Source: Eledone cirrhosa (Eukaryota). From it: a stretch of DNA of 64,000 nucleotides. Positions within the stretch are counted from its first letter, which is position 1; every line of letters starts with the position of its first letter. The position numbers were made by a program, and so were the translations under genes. The notes below the pieces were generated by a model that was not told where the DNA came from, made no database searches, and was given only the letters and a program-made list of their open reading frames with translations. Shown here piece by piece: positions 12,823 through 28,932 of this stretch. Location of the stretch: NCBI GenBank assembly GCA_964016885.1, contig OZ024741.1, positions 39,494,001 through 39,558,000 on the forward strand. Reading direction: 5' to 3'.

Positions 12823-12868
<46 letters not shown>

Positions 12869-12939
12869 TTGTATATATATAGTTAATAAATGAAACAAAA
12901 CAAAACAAAACACAGGGGGCAACATTTCAGTCATATTAC

Positions 12940-14020
12940 GCACAGTGGAGTCCTCTCTCACCTCTTCTCTATGAGCTGGCCTTCAAACCACTGCTGTGGA
13001 AGCTAGCGCTATTAAGGGACATCCCTTTTGAACTGGGATGCAGCATAGCAGTGCGGGTATACGTGGATGATGTCATCGTGATGGTGTCAGATGCCACTGT
13101 ATTGTAAATAATTGACACTGCCGTAAAGGAATATGATGCTTTGGCATAAACAAAAATCAACCCGGACAAGCCAGTGTACTTGCAGCTCGGCACTTTGTGA
13201 AGGAAGTTCTTGCCGTCCATTGGATAATGTTTTGGCTGGGGGACGGATGGACCAGCTAAACTACTTAGGGGCTGGTTCGGTTACGACATTCAGGTAAAGA
13301 GGGGATAGGATGAAGTTATAAGAATGGTAGCAACTTTCACTCAGAAATTGGTCGAGAAGAAGCGCTCCCTGAAAGGTAGGGTAGTGATGGTGAATGCTGA
13401 CTTCGTCTCATCAGTTACCATCTGGCTGACGTGCCTTTTCCCAGTTCTCATCTGACCAAACTGTAGCGTCTGCTCTTTCATTTCTTGCGGAGAGGCTGTG
13501 TCCCACTGGTTAGATCTTCTATCTGTTGCCGACATCGTCTTCGAGGGGAACGGGACTCGACATGACATGGCTCTTGGCGCGCAAACATGCACTGACGCTG
13601 CATCATTTACAGTGATTTCTTGTCGATGGGTGGGTGTGGTTGTCTTTTGTCAGACGCGTCTTTCCTCGGCTGATTTCTCTGATTGAGTTCCAGTCTTTGG
13701 GGAAGAAAAGACTATGGTAGGACAACTGGCACCTAGAATGTTGTCAAGCGCTTACTACCCTCTACTAGACAGACAATGTGATGGCTCGAAGTTCCACATT
13801 AGCAATCTATTGAAGATAAGTGGTAAGGAAGAGTACCGCTGTTCTCGGAGAAGTCTTGGGTGTCGACGAGAATGAATTGGCTAGTCTTGGTCTAATCCGG
13901 AGGACTTACAACCCAAGGACTACGGATAATCTCCAGAAATATCTGGCTTGCTAATGCTGTTTGAGGGCCTTGCCAGTTCAGGATAAACTTTGTAGACACG
14001 GAATTGTTGTCAGGAAGTAT
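12940..14020 (+). pseudogene. Decayed L1/Tx1-like RT remnant
   Basis: [41 protein letters not shown] across frameshifts and stops. Confidence 0.7.
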
Positions 14021-14221
14021 CTCTGATTTTTCCTTTAGGTTGTCAATTGTCACTTGGTTGCTTTCTTGTTTCTGTACTTTTTTTAGTCCGAATTTCTACA
14101 TCCTTTAACCATAACACTTCTTCATTGTGTACCAGAGGGTTGTCCTAAATATCACACCAAAATGTTCTGACTTCGTTCAAAATCATGCTTGTATCATTCC
14201 TGTTCATTCCCTTGATTTCAA

Positions 14222-14342
14222 ATAATTGTCTACTTTTGGCACAAGGCCAGCAGTTACCCAGTACATTACTGGTACTTTATTTTATCGACCCCGTAAGGAT
14301 GAAAGGCAAAGTTAACCTTGGCGAGATTTGAACTCAGAATGG
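14222..14342 (-). mobile_element. SINE family A, partial
   Basis: Reverse complement of family A body and tail. Confidence 0.8.
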
Positions 14343-14557
14343 CAATGTTCTTTAGTTAAATTCAAACAATATCTATTGACTCTATTGCATCATATCTTTG
14401 CAATTTAGAAGCAATTGCCACGAGACGTTATTTCAATTCTCTTTGTACTATATTTAATCTGTCTTTGCTTAAACGACTCTCATGCTCCAGTTTTGATATT
14501 GTCCGTTCGATGTGGATATCTCAATAATAATAATTATTATCATTTCATCGTCACGGC

Positions 14558-14660
14558 GTCGATAAAATAAAGCACCAGTAATGCACTTGGGTCGATTTAA
14601 TCGACTTGCCCCTCCCCCCTTAAAATTGCTGGCCTTGTACCTAAAGTAGAAACAATTATC
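14558..14660 (+). mobile_element. SINE family A-related 3' part
   Basis: GTCGATAAAATAAAGCACCAGT..TTGCTGGCCTTGT..AGTAGAAACAATT. Confidence 0.7.
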
Positions 14661-15161
14661 ATTATTATTGTTGTTGTTATTATTATACTCGTTATTTTAT
14701 ATCTACTCCTTTTTATTGACTCCTCTTCTTCACGATGTAAACCCTATTTTCTGTTGTTTCTCGTCCCTGTATTATCCACAATGTTATGTGCCCTTGTAAC
14801 TAATAAAAGAAACTCTTATTATTACTATAAACCCTATTGTATTGTAGAGAAAGATGCTGCTCTCTATGTGCTGTAGTATATGTTACAAATTTATCATTTG
14901 ATTATTCGTTCATTTATAGGAAAACGGCTCTCATTTACAACTAAATGATCGCATCTTAATTAAATCATAAAAAAGCGTTATAAACGCCAAGTAGAGTCAA
15001 GTTTCTTGCCTCAAGGATTCAACAACAACGCGTGTGCTAAGGTTAAACAATGGCGACCGGATGTCCAAACAATGAAAGCAAACAATATTTTAACAAAGTT
15101 TGTCAATTGACCCGCGGCCAGAAGCAATCCATTAGATTGATTGGTCTACGTATAGCTGTTC

Positions 15162-17740
<2,579 letters not shown>

Positions 17741-17971
17741 TGTATCTAGCGTGGGTTGTTTCACATACAGATTAAAATGGCTCCATTTAATAAATGTAAG
17801 AATTCCTAATAAAATCGTGTCTCGTTGCTGTTTATTGCTTGTTTGATCAAACACCTACTTCACTTCAGGCTTACAGCCTGGCAAGATCTGGGGGTGGAGC
17901 TGTCCATAATACACCTCACCTCTCTCTCTCGCCACGAGGGTCATGGCCTGACACACGTCTGTGGGCCGACG

Positions 17972-17980
17972 CAAGAAGAC

Positions 17981-18013
<33 letters not shown>

Positions 18014-18090
18014 AGAAGAAGAAGAAGAAGAAGAAGAAGAAGAAGAAGAAGAAGAAGAAGAAGAAGAAGAAGAAGAAGAAGAAGAAGAAG

Positions 18091-18130
<40 letters not shown>
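17972..18130. repeat. (GAA)n(CAA)n microsatellite
   Basis: Direct inspection. Confidence 0.95.
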
Positions 18131-18131
<1 letters not shown>

Positions 18132-18739
18132 AACTGGCTAACACGAGCTATTGAGAGCATATCTAAACGTTGTTTGATCTGTTAGAAATAGCAGCCAAAT
18201 TACTCCTGCAATCGCATCTTGTCATCTGCCATCTTAAGAAAGGATATGACAATGTAATTGCTGGAAAGAGCAACAAAATCTCACATAAATTATATTCTGA
18301 CGGGTTAAGTAAGTTATGGCGCATTGAATAATGTAACCTTTGTTACGTTATTCATCATCAACATATCACCATAACGGTGATTGTGATGGACAATATTACA
18401 GTTGTAGGAGGGGGGGGGCAGTTATAGTAGTTCAGGTAAGCACTGTCATAGACCTATATTATATATATTTCTGGGGCCAATTTATGTATTTATTCAAAAC
18501 AACCATGGGTTTGTGCATTTCATCATCATTACATTGCTATCACCGTCGTCGTTGTCGCTGTTATCGTCGTTGTCATCATCATCATCATCATCATCATCGG
18601 CGCTACGTCTGTTTTACCATACTGACAAGTGCTGGCCGAAGTTCGTACCTTATTTAACTGAATGGACTGGAACAATGTAAAATAAAGTGTCTTGCTCAAG
18701 GATGGAACTTACGACCTTTCGATCGCGAGACAAAAATGT

Positions 18740-19870
18740 GATTGTTTGGGAGGTTAGTGGGGTTGAACATTTCGTTGGGTGATTTGGTGGTTCGTGGGAT
18801 TGATCTTTTGGTTGGATGGTTTGGTGATTTGTGGGACCTAAATTTTGGTTAGGTGGTTAGTTTGTATGGGAGGACTGAGTGTTTGAAAGGCTGGTGGTTG
18901 AATGGTTGTGTGCTTTTGTGGTTGACCGTTTAATCAGGTGATTGGCTGACTGGCCGTCTGGTTTGTTTAATGGTTAGGTGACTGAATGGTTCATTGTTTA
19001 GGTTTTGGAATACTTTGAGGGTTGATTGGTTAGTTGCTTAGTTGTTTGGATGGATGGGTGAGTGGTTGGTTTGTTTGTTGGTTAGGTATTCATGTATTTG
19101 TGTAGTTTGATATTAGGTCGTGTGGCTAGCTGGCTGGTCTGGTGGTTGATTGTTCGGGTGGATATTTGCTTGATCAGTCGGGCGGTTATTCGATTAGATG
19201 CTGTCGGGTTTGTCGGGTGATTCATAGATTGTCGGTTGAATGATTGGTCTGGTGGTTGATTGTTCGGCTCAGTCGGTCGGTTAGTTGGTTAGGTTATGTA
19301 AAAACCTTTTAAATATACACGGAAACATATGCATTATATTTATAAATAATTGTGTACTACCTTCATTCATTCGCTCGCTCACACTACATAACGATAAGAT
19401 GGTAATGACGAACAATGGTTAGGTGTTGTCGGGTTTGTAGAGTGATTCGTAGATTGGTGGTTGAATGGTTGTTTGGTTGGTTGATTGAACGGTCGGTCAA
19501 GTGGTTGAACGGGTAATTCAAGGGTTTGTGGGTTCAATGGTTGCGGAGTTGAATGATTGTCTGGTCGGGTGGTAGCTTAGGTTGGCGACAGTTGGTTTTC
19601 AATGTCGTTAAATGGTTTGTTGGTTGCGTTAGTTGGTTTTAATTGGAGAGATGGCTGGGTGTTTGGGTGGTTTGGTGGTTGTTTGGGTGTTTGGTTTAGT
19701 GGTTGGGTAGTTGGTTGAGTGGCTGAATGTTTGATCGGGTTTGATGACTGGATGGTTAGTTAGATAGTTGGATGGTTGGTTCGGAGGTTTGTATGGTTGA
19801 GTGGTTAACGAAAGGGCCAGTTGACTGGCTGGTTAACTAACTGGCTGGCTGCTCGCTAGGTGTTTAGTAG
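18740..19870. repeat. Degenerate (TGGT)n-like GT-rich low-complexity tract
   Basis: Recurrent GGTT/TGGT/GGTC words. Confidence 0.7.
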
Positions 19871-19939
19871 AACAGTTGTATGGTAGATAATCACGGAGGT
19901 ACATGATGAAATGACAAGTCAGTCAATCATATTGGTGGT

Positions 19940-20225
19940 CTCCCCATAGCCCCGGCGGACAGAATGGAGAAGGCGCTTCCCCGGAGAACGGCAAGGGGGA
20001 CGCGCTGGAAGAGCCATTCCAGCTCGCGAATCTCACACCTGCGGCTTGCCAGTTAAGCGCCTATGATGGTGAGTAGGGAGGTAGCCCTACGGCCGAGGAC
20101 ACCAGAAGTCTCCATTGCCAAGGGTACGTCCGCAAATCTGTCGGAGAGCTACCGGTATTTGGAGAGTTTGGCCTCCCCAGCCCGACGTGCTGCAGAACCT
20201 GGGTTAGTACAGACTGCACCAGGTT
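19940..20225 (-). mobile_element. CRE-like non-LTR retrotransposon C-terminal RLE remnant
   Basis: AARRAGEAKLSKYR*LSDRF..VPLAMETSGVLG..RELEWLFQRV.LAVLRGSAFSI matches the K..KY..P.A.ET.G..QR.S...RGNA pattern. Confidence 0.7.
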
Positions 20226-20913
20226 GCGGTTGTATGGTTGGATGTTTAATCAAGAGGTTGGTTGGTGTTTGATAGAAGAAGGATTCTATGAAGCTGAATG
20301 ATTCGCCATGTAAGTTCATAACTATAAGCAACGCTGTTGTAACAAGCTCCTTTTCTCTTCTTATCCCGCTTGTCAACGTCCTAGACGGGGAGATTGTTTT
20401 ATTGTTGTTTTCTTGTTGTCGTTATTGTTGTTAGCGCTGTTGTTGAAGATGATGATGATGATGATGATGCTGTTGTCTTGTAGTTGTCGTTATTGTTGTT
20501 ACCGTAGTTGCTATTGTTGTTGTTGATGATGCTGACGATGATGATGATGATGGTGATGGTGATGGTGGTGGTGATGTGGATAATAACGATGATGATGATA
20601 ATGATGTGATGATGCTATTGTTTTCAGCATTGTTGTTATTGTTGTTGTCTTCTTGTTATTGTCGTTATTGTTGTTACTGTAGTTGTTGCTGTTGTTATTG
20701 CTCCTGTTGATGTTGATGATGATGATGATGAGAATGATGATGCTGTTGTTACTGTTGTTGCGGTTAACAATGCTGTAGGTGCTGCTGCAGATGACATACA
20801 ATATTACGACATTTAAGAAAGGCATGAATGTTACACATTCCCCTTCCATAATGATGTCTTACTAAGGTATATATCCAGCTGAGAGATGAATTGAATTGTC
20901 TCTTTCGTCTTCC

Positions 20914-22999
20914 CGTTGTTGTTGTAGTTGCTGTTGTTGTTGTAGCTGTTGTTGTTGTAGCTGTTGTTGTTGTAGTTGCTGTTGTTGTTGTAGCTGTTGT
21001 TGTTGTAGCTGTTGTTGTTGTAGCTGTTGTTGTTGTAGCTGTTGTTGTAGCTGTTGTTGTAGTAACTGTTGTTGTAGCTGTTGTTGTAGTAACTGTTGTT
21101 GTAGCTGTTGTTGTTGTAGCTGTTGTTGTTGTAGCTGTTGTTGTTGTAGCTGTTGTTGTTGTAGCTGTTGTTGTTGTAGCTGTTGTTGTTGTAGCTGTTG
21201 TTGTAGCTGTTGTTGTAGTAACTGTTGTTGTAGCTGTTGTTGTAGTAACTGTTGTTGTAGCTGTTGTTGTTGTAGCTGTTGTTGTTGTAGCTGTTGTTGT
21301 AGCTGTTGTTGTTGTAGCTGTTGTTGTTGTAGCTGTTGTTGTTGTTGTAGCTGTTGTTGTAGCTGTTGTTGTAGTTGTTGTTGTTGTAGCTGTTGTTGTT
21401 GTAGCTGTTGTTGTAGCTGTTGTTGTAGCTGTTGTTGTTGTAGCTGTTGTTGTAGTTGTTGTTGTAGCTGTTGTTGTTGTAGCTGTTGTTGTAGCTGTTG
21501 TTGTAGCTGTTGTTGTTGTAGCTGTTGTTGTAGTAACTGTTGTTGTAGCTGTTGTTGTTGTAGCTGTTGTTGTAGCTGTTGTTGTAGCTGTTGTTGTTGT
21601 AGCTGTTGTTGTAGTTGTTGTTGTTGTAGCTGTTGTTGTTGTAGCTGTTGTTGTAGCTGTTGTTGTTGTAGCTGTTGTTGTTGTAGCTGTTGTTGTAGCT
21701 GTTGTTGTAGCTGTTGTTGTTGTAGCTGTTGTTGTAGCTGTTGTTGTTGTAGCTGTTGTTGTTGTAGCTGTTGTTGTTGTAGCTGTTGTTGTAGCTGTTG
21801 TTGTTGTAGCTGTTGTTGTAGTAACTGTTGTTGTAGCTGTTGTTGTAGTAACTGTTGTTGTAGCTGTTGTTGTTGTAGCTGTTGTTGTTGTAGCTGTTGT
21901 TGTAGCTGTTGTTCTTGTAGCTGTTGTTGTTGTAGCTGTTGTTGTAGCTGTTGTTGTAGCTGTTGTTGTTGTAGCTGTTGTTGTAGTAACTGTTGTTGTT
22001 GTTGTAGCTGTTGTTGTTGTAGCTGTTGTTGTTGTAGCTGTTGTTGTTGTAGCTGTTGTTGTAGCTGTTGTTGTTGTAGCTGTTGTTGTAGTAACTGTTG
22101 TTGTAGCTGTTGTTGTTGTAGCTGTTGTTGTTGTAGCTGTTGTTGTTGTAGCTGTTGTTGTTGTAGCTGTTGTTGTTGTAGCTGTTGTTGTTGTAGCTGT
22201 TGTTGTAGCTGTTGTTGTTGTAGCTGTTGTTGTAGTAACTGTTGTTGTAGCTGTTGTTGTTGTAGCTGTTGTTGTAGCTGTTGTTGTTGTAGCTGGTGTT
22301 GTTGTAGCTGTTGTTGTTGTAGCTGTTGTTGTAGCTGTTGTTGTTGTAGCTGTTGTTGTAGTAACTGTTGTTGTAGCTGTTGTTGTTGTAGCTGTTGTTG
22401 TAGCTGTTGTTGTTGTAGCTGTTGTTGTTGTAGCTGTTGTTGTTGTAGCTGTTGTTGTTGTAGCTGTTGTTGTTGTAGCTGTTGTTGTTGTAGCTGTTGT
22501 TGTTGTAGCTGTTGTTGTAGCTGTTGTTGTTGTAGCTGTTGTTGTAGCTGTTGTTGTAGCTGTTGTTGTTGTAGCTGTTGTTGTAGTAACTGTTGTTGTT
22601 GTTGTAGCTGTTGTTGTTGTAGCTGTTGTTGTAGTAACTGTTGTTGTAGCTGTTGTTGTTGTAGCTGTTGTTGTAGCTGTTGTTGTAGCTGTTGTTGTTG
22701 TAGCTGTTGTTGTAGCTGTTGTTGTAGCTGTTGTTGTTGTAGCTGTTGTTGTTGTAGCTGTTGTTGTAGCTGTTGTTGTTGTAGCTGTTGTTGTAGCTGT
22801 TGTTGTTGTAGCTGTTGTTGTTGTAGCTGTTGTTGTTGTTGTAGCTGTTGTTGTAGCTGTTGTTGTAGCTGTTGTTGTTGTAGCTGTTGTTGTAGTAACT
22901 GTTGTTGTTGTAGCTGTTGTTGTTGTAGCTGTTGTTGTAGCTGTTGTTGTAGCTGTTGTTGTTGTTGTAGCTGTTGTTGTAGCTGTTGTTGTTGTAGCT
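20914..22999. repeat. 2.1-kb minisatellite (GTT)2-4 GTA GCT with GTAGTAACT variants
   Basis: Direct inspection; mostly 12- and 15-bp units. Confidence 0.95.
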
Positions 23000-23094
23000 T
23001 TTGTTCGTTTGTTTAAAGTGTTTGATGTTATTTTTATATTTTAATTTTATTACAGACAATTCTCAGGACATGAAAAAGACACGTCGGGGGAAAG

Positions 23095-23270
23095 TAGAAG
23101 AAGAAGAAGAAGAAGAAGAAGAAGAAGAAGAAGAAGAAGAAGAAGAAGAAGAAGAAGAAGAAGAAGGAGGAGGAGGAGGAGGAGGAGGAGGAGGAGGAGG
23201 AGAAGGAGAAGAAGAAGAAGAAGAAGAAGAAGAAGAAGAAGAAGAAGAAGAAGAAGAAGAAGAAGAAGGT
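23095..23270. repeat. (GAA)n(GGA)n(GAA)n microsatellite
   Basis: Direct inspection. Confidence 0.95.
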
Positions 23271-23706
23271 GAAGAGAAGGGTGATTAATAGCAACAGCAA
23301 CAACAATAACAAGAAAGCAACAGCAACAAGAGATAGAAGATGAATAAGACAAGCAAGAAAAAATATGGCTAACAATTGGAAGATAAAGAAAAACATCATG
23401 GGTGGAGTCACTTACTGCCACGTGACAGGCACACTTCTGTTATAATGGGACGACGTTATTATTGTTGTTGGGGTTATTGTTGTTGTTAGTGTTACGATTA
23501 TTGTGTGAGTGTGGCTTGGATTGCGGGTGGTGATGTAGAGGAGATGACAGAGATATACAGAAGAATAAGGGAAAGGAATGGGTGGGGGATTTAGAAAGAC
23601 TCAGTGTGTGGGTGTTTTTCTGTGTTTCAGTGTTGTAATAACATCGTGTAATGTGTGTATATGGCACGTGCAAAATTAACTGATGATGTGAATTTTACAA
23701 CCACTG

Positions 23707-23954
<248 letters not shown>

Positions 23955-23967
23955 GTATATATATATT

Positions 23968-23998
<31 letters not shown>

Positions 23999-24096
23999 TT
24001 ATATATATATATATATATGTGTATATGTGTATGTATATATATATATATATATGTATGTATAATAAATGTCGATCGATTGGTTATTGATTAGGCGAA

Positions 24097-24208
24097 ACCC
24101 ATTGACGAAGCCACATGTGCCTATTGTGTATTGTTGCATAATAAATGCAGACAGTGGATGCTGTGCACTGTATTGCTGTATTAAGTGTGGCCGAAACTCG
24201 AGTACGGA
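24097..24208 (+). ncRNA. Hammerhead-like motif with long stem II (core C3>U)
   Basis: TTGACGA-A-GCCACA..(~70 nt)..TGTGGC-C-GAAA-CTCGAG-TA; in a TA-flanked island. Confidence 0.55.
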
Positions 24209-24377
24209 TATAGATTGGAGGTAACCATTTCATGTGATGTATTGAAACGAATAACTATGTGTTTACTCTCGTAGTTTACATAACATTACGTATTGAGTAC
24301 GCTGAGATGCAACCGGTACTAGCAGTGAAACCCATTCTAGTCCCGTCAACTTATTATATATATATATATGTATATAT

Positions 24378-24540
24378 AAGTTATTCCTGGTTCAATCGGG
24401 GGTAACCATAGTAAGTAAGGTACTCAATACATAGCAGAGTATAAATGTTTTAATAAAGGAAGGCTTCTACAGGACTAGAACTGTTTCATTCGTAAGAAAT
24501 CATCACGAATGAAACAGTTCTAGTCCTGTAGAAGCCTTTC
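24378..24540 (-). mobile_element. Penelope-like terminus with fold-back and hammerhead-like core
   Basis: Inverted arms AGGCTTCTACAGGACTAGAACTGTTTCATTCGT / ACGAATGAAACAGTTCTAGTCCTGTAGAAGCCT; minus TGATGA-TTTCTTACGAAT-GAAAC; relatives at ~31590-31640 and ~47300-47385. Confidence 0.6.
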
Positions 24541-24544
24541 TATA

Positions 24545-24695
<151 letters not shown>

Positions 24696-24798
24696 GGGGG
24701 TGTGTGGGTGTGTAAAAGGTAAACAGAAATAAAAATCCAATCGGTACAGTATATGGAAGGGATATATTAGGTTAACGTTTAATATAGCAGGAAGAGGG

Positions 24799-24834
24799 TC
24801 TTAACGTTTCGGACGCTAGTCCTTCGTCAGAAGA
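24799..24834 (-). ncRNA. Minimal type I hammerhead ribozyme, intact core
   Basis: UCUU-CUGACGA-A-GGAC UAGC GUCC-GAAACGUU-AAGA: stem I UCUU/AAGA, stem II GGAC/GUCC, palindromic ACGU stem III. Confidence 0.8.
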
Positions 24835-24905
24835 AAGAATGAAAAATAAGATAGGTGACGGGGAAAGGTGAGTTGGAGTTAGAAAAATTGTCTTTAGATA
24901 AAAAT

Positions 24906-24960
<55 letters not shown>

Positions 24961-25169
24961 GTGGTAAATCTAAGTTTTAGCTGTTGTACAGCAAGTACTA
25001 TTCGATTTTTTTTAGGCAATCATAGACCACTCAATGAATCAAGAGTTACAAACATTAGGCCCAGAGTAAACACCGCAATTATAAAGTGTGACACCAAGAA
25101 AACCGACCGAAGGCACCGACTATACAAATAACATAACCACTATACATATAGGAAGGTTTAATACATATA

Positions 25170-25357
25170 CAGGTAAATTTCCGTTATAACGAGTACCATT
25201 ATAACGAATTTTTCACTATAACAAAAATGTTTTCAAACCCCGAGGTAATAATAAATAAACGCTCGATTTGTTTCGGTCGATCTCGTTATAAAGAATTTTT
25301 CGTTACACTGAATTTTTCTTTATATCCCGTGAATTTCTTTATAACGAAATTTCACTA
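25170..25357. mobile_element. Tc1/mariner (Tigger/pogo-like) MITE
   Basis: Imperfect TIRs CAG..AAATTTCCGTTATAACGA / TTATAACGAAATTTCACT, TA flanks. Confidence 0.65.
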
Positions 25358-25725
25358 TATATATATATACATACATATATACATATATACCGTTAACTGA
25401 GTATCAGCTCGTAATTACAGAAGAATGAGTTTCGATAATTAAACATTGATGCAATATATTTTACAGCAAGGTAAATTAGGGAAGCTCATAACATACTTAA
25501 GTTTCATGTTAAATTTTCAGGAGATAAATCGCATGTTTGGATGTAATTCACTTGTATTGTTTAACCTCAATCATAAGTTTTATTATTATTATTATTATTA
25601 TTTAAATCTACTTTTAACCTGAAGGTATAATCTTTACAATACTAAGTTGAAACCCCCACCAGCTATGTGACACAGTATCTACATATATATATGTGTGTGT
25701 GTATATATATGTGTCTATATATATA

Positions 25726-25811
<86 letters not shown>

Positions 25812-25858
25812 ATATATATATATATATTTATATATACACACACACACATATATATATA

Positions 25859-26048
25859 CAGAGTCAAATTCCGTTATAACGAAATTCACGGGGTATAAAA
25901 AAGAATTCAGTGTAAAGAAAAATTCTTCATAATGAGATGGACTGAAACAAGTCGAGCGCTTGTTTGTTATTACCTCGGGGATTGAAAAAAATACTCGTTA
26001 TACTGAAAAATTCGTTATAGTGTATTCGTTATGACTGAATTTTAACTG
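25859..26048. mobile_element. Same MITE family, opposite orientation
   Basis: Reverse-complement similarity to 25170-25357; CAG..CTG ends with TA flanks. Confidence 0.65.
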
Positions 26049-26078
26049 TATATATATATATATATATATGTATGTATA

Positions 26079-26185
<107 letters not shown>

Positions 26186-26383
26186 GTGTGCGTGCGTGCG
26201 TATGTGTGTGTATGTGTGTGCGTGTGTGTGTGTATATATATAGATAGATAGATATAAAATGTGACTAATTATTATGTTTTATCCAATTGCAATTATGAGA
26301 ATAGTTCACTGTAAAATTACAAGTATATTACAGAGCCGAAATAATTTATAAACAACAATCAACTAGTGTTTAGAACATTTAAT

Positions 26384-26431
26384 CACTTACGATCGTTTCA
26401 TCCTAGCTCAAGGTCGAGTTTCATCAGAGTA
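26384..26431 (-). ncRNA. Type I hammerhead motif, intact core, poorly paired stem II base
   Basis: UACU-CUGAUGA-AACUCGACCUUGAGCUAGGAU-GAAACGAUCGUA-AGUG; its 3' half recurs inverted at ~26660-26718. Confidence 0.6.
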
Positions 26432-26718
26432 TAAAATAAAGGTTGAAACAAAAATATAATATCAGAAATTTGTCATAAGAACAATTTGAGGATACAAAAT
26501 ATGGGAAGTAAGCAAAAGTATCAACATTTTATATAAGAAAAGATAGCAAAGGTAGAAGAAGCATATGAAAAATATGAGCATATAAATGCAATAAAATGAA
26601 ATTATGAGTAGCTAAAAGCATAAAAAATGTTTAAATCATGCTGCTATAGAAAGTTAAGTATAGGATGAAACGATCGTACGTGATTAAATGATCTGAACAC
26701 TCTTTGATTGATGTTTAC

Positions 26719-26765
<47 letters not shown>

Positions 26766-26899
26766 GTAGATAAATCTACCAAGAGTTTACGGTAGTGTCC
26801 AATCCGTATGAAGAACTCAATGTATTCCGGATATCATGGAAAGAAGAGATGTAATGAAAATCCACTTTCGGTGAAAGATAAACGGTATACAGAGTCAAG

Positions 26900-27297
26900 A
26901 TAAAATATTAAACAAATAATGAATAAACAATTCCTTATATTAAACAAAAAAAGTTCATTATTTAACGATCGTTTCTAGGGTATATACGTGTTATAATTGG
27001 TATGCATATTCAACAGATCTATGTACAAAATTATACAAAATTATACAAATTATCAAGATTAAATATACATACCTAACACATATATACGCCGTCTTCAGAA
27101 ATAATTTCTGAAGACGGCGTATATATGTGTTAGGTATGTATATTTAATCTTGATAATTTGTATAATTTTGTATAATTTTGTACATAGATCTGTTGAATAT
27201 GCATACCAATTATAACACGTATATACCCTAGAAACGATCGTTAAATAATGAACTTTTTTTGTTTAATATAAGGAATTGTTTATTCATTATTTGTTTA

Positions 27298-27306
<9 letters not shown>
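26900..27306. repeat. Long palindrome (~203-bp arms, 1-nt spacer) of a hammerhead-bearing terminus
   Basis: Centre CAGAAAT-A-ATTTCTG at 27103; right arm AUUU-CUGAAGA..GAAACGAUCGUU-AAAU. Confidence 0.9.
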
Positions 27307-27333
<27 letters not shown>

Positions 27334-27338
<5 letters not shown>

Positions 27339-27512
27339 AAGTATGACCCCCAACGGCGAAGCTCAAGCCGTTTCGACGGCTATTTCTGGACGCCGAAATG
27401 GCATGAGCTCTGCCGTCGGGGTCATACTTTTTCCTATTTCCCACTCTACTACTCTAAGTATTGAGTACTCTGGTGCGTTATGGTCCATCTGGTTCCCTAC
27501 CACATTTCCATG
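27334..27512 (+). mobile_element. Penelope-like terminal fragment (family P1), folded back
   Basis: Near identical to 1870-2060 but with a different turn point. Confidence 0.65.
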
Positions 27513-27630
<118 letters not shown>

Positions 27631-27966
27631 AACGAGGTGAGTTTTTATTAACTTTTAATTTCAAAATCTTTTAAATTATCTATTATCTTCCAACGGCTTT
27701 TAAATTTCTCTCTGAGACGATATTTTTTCTCAGTTGTAAAGGCTATCTCTCTCTCTCTCTATCACCCATCTCTCCTCCTCTCTCATCCTTCCTTCTTATA
27801 CTCCTCCCCCACCATCCTTTAATCTTATTTCTTCCTCTTCCTTACCTTTTCCAACCCCCCTCACTTTTTCCCAATCTCATATATCCATCTTAATTTATTT
27901 TTCGTATGTTGATTTAAAACATCACTACTCACAAGTGTTTTTTAAGCTTCATATCATGTCTCCCTA

Positions 27967-28033
27967 TTTTATCTGATGAGAACGCAGATATCATCCCATG
28001 ATGATATTTGTTTTTGAAATGCGCATAATAAAA
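27967..28033 (+). ncRNA. Type I hammerhead ribozyme, intact core
   Basis: UUUUAU-CUGAUGA-..GCAGAUAUCAUC CCAU GAUGAUAUUUGU..-GAAAUGCGCAUA-AUAAAA: 6-bp stem I, 12-bp stem II hairpin, palindromic GCGC loop III. Confidence 0.8.
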
Positions 28034-28072
28034 TACTTGGAACTCTTTTAACCATCTTTTGATCTTATATTA

Positions 28073-28135
<63 letters not shown>

Positions 28136-28517
28136 TACAATAACAGAGATAGTTTAAAGCTAATCTCTGACTGGTAACCATCTCACTCAACAAACATTAG
28201 GTTATATTTTAATATAAACCCAATTTAAGTGTTTGGGGTGCTAACAATATGTATTATGTGGAAAAGCCAGTTGTATTATTTTATGAGATATAATTAAAGT
28301 TAAAATATATCTCTCTTTCCAAACAATTGTTTCATTATAAGTTTTCTACAAATTCGGAGAATATTTCCAGTTTATGTAGAAGCCTAATATACATTCATGT
28401 AAGAATATATTTAGGTGGGCGCTTATAAATCATCAGTGGAAGCCCATTAAACTTTGATATAAGAAAAACAAATTCTCTTACCGTAGTTAAAAATCGTGTT
28501 TTATATATATATATATA

Positions 28518-28612
28518 TAATTGTTTCTACTTTTGGCACAAGGCCAGTGCATTACTGGTACTTTATTTTATCGATCCCATAAGGATGGAAGGCAAAGTTA
28601 ACCTCGGCAGGA
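28518..28612 (-). mobile_element. SINE family A, partial
   Basis: Reverse complement of family A tail and central domain. Confidence 0.75.
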
Positions 28613-28614
28613 TC

Positions 28615-28932
28615 CTTTTCTCGCTCACATCTCACTTAGGTCGGATGGTCTGTATCTCTCGTCCATGATTTCACCAAGCTTAAGCTTATAGATATCATGT
28701 ACTTGTCTCTTCCTATCTTTCCGTTGCAATACCATCTTTGTTTGTTTACATGTCTCGCTCGTTTCACCCTATTTTACGTGTCCCAATAACTTTATTTAGT
28801 TATTGCTCGCACCAACCAGAGGTATATGATTTTTAAAGCGATGAAATACCAATGAAGGTTGGAAGATCACTGATGAAGGACTAATTTTATTCATATGTAA
28901 CCCCTGTGCAACCACGCAGCACTCCATTTTTG

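Noticed and set aside
20831-23059. 700+ aa poly-Asn/Val/Cys ORFs
   Set aside because: Triplet-phased minisatellite; no unique domain or splice context
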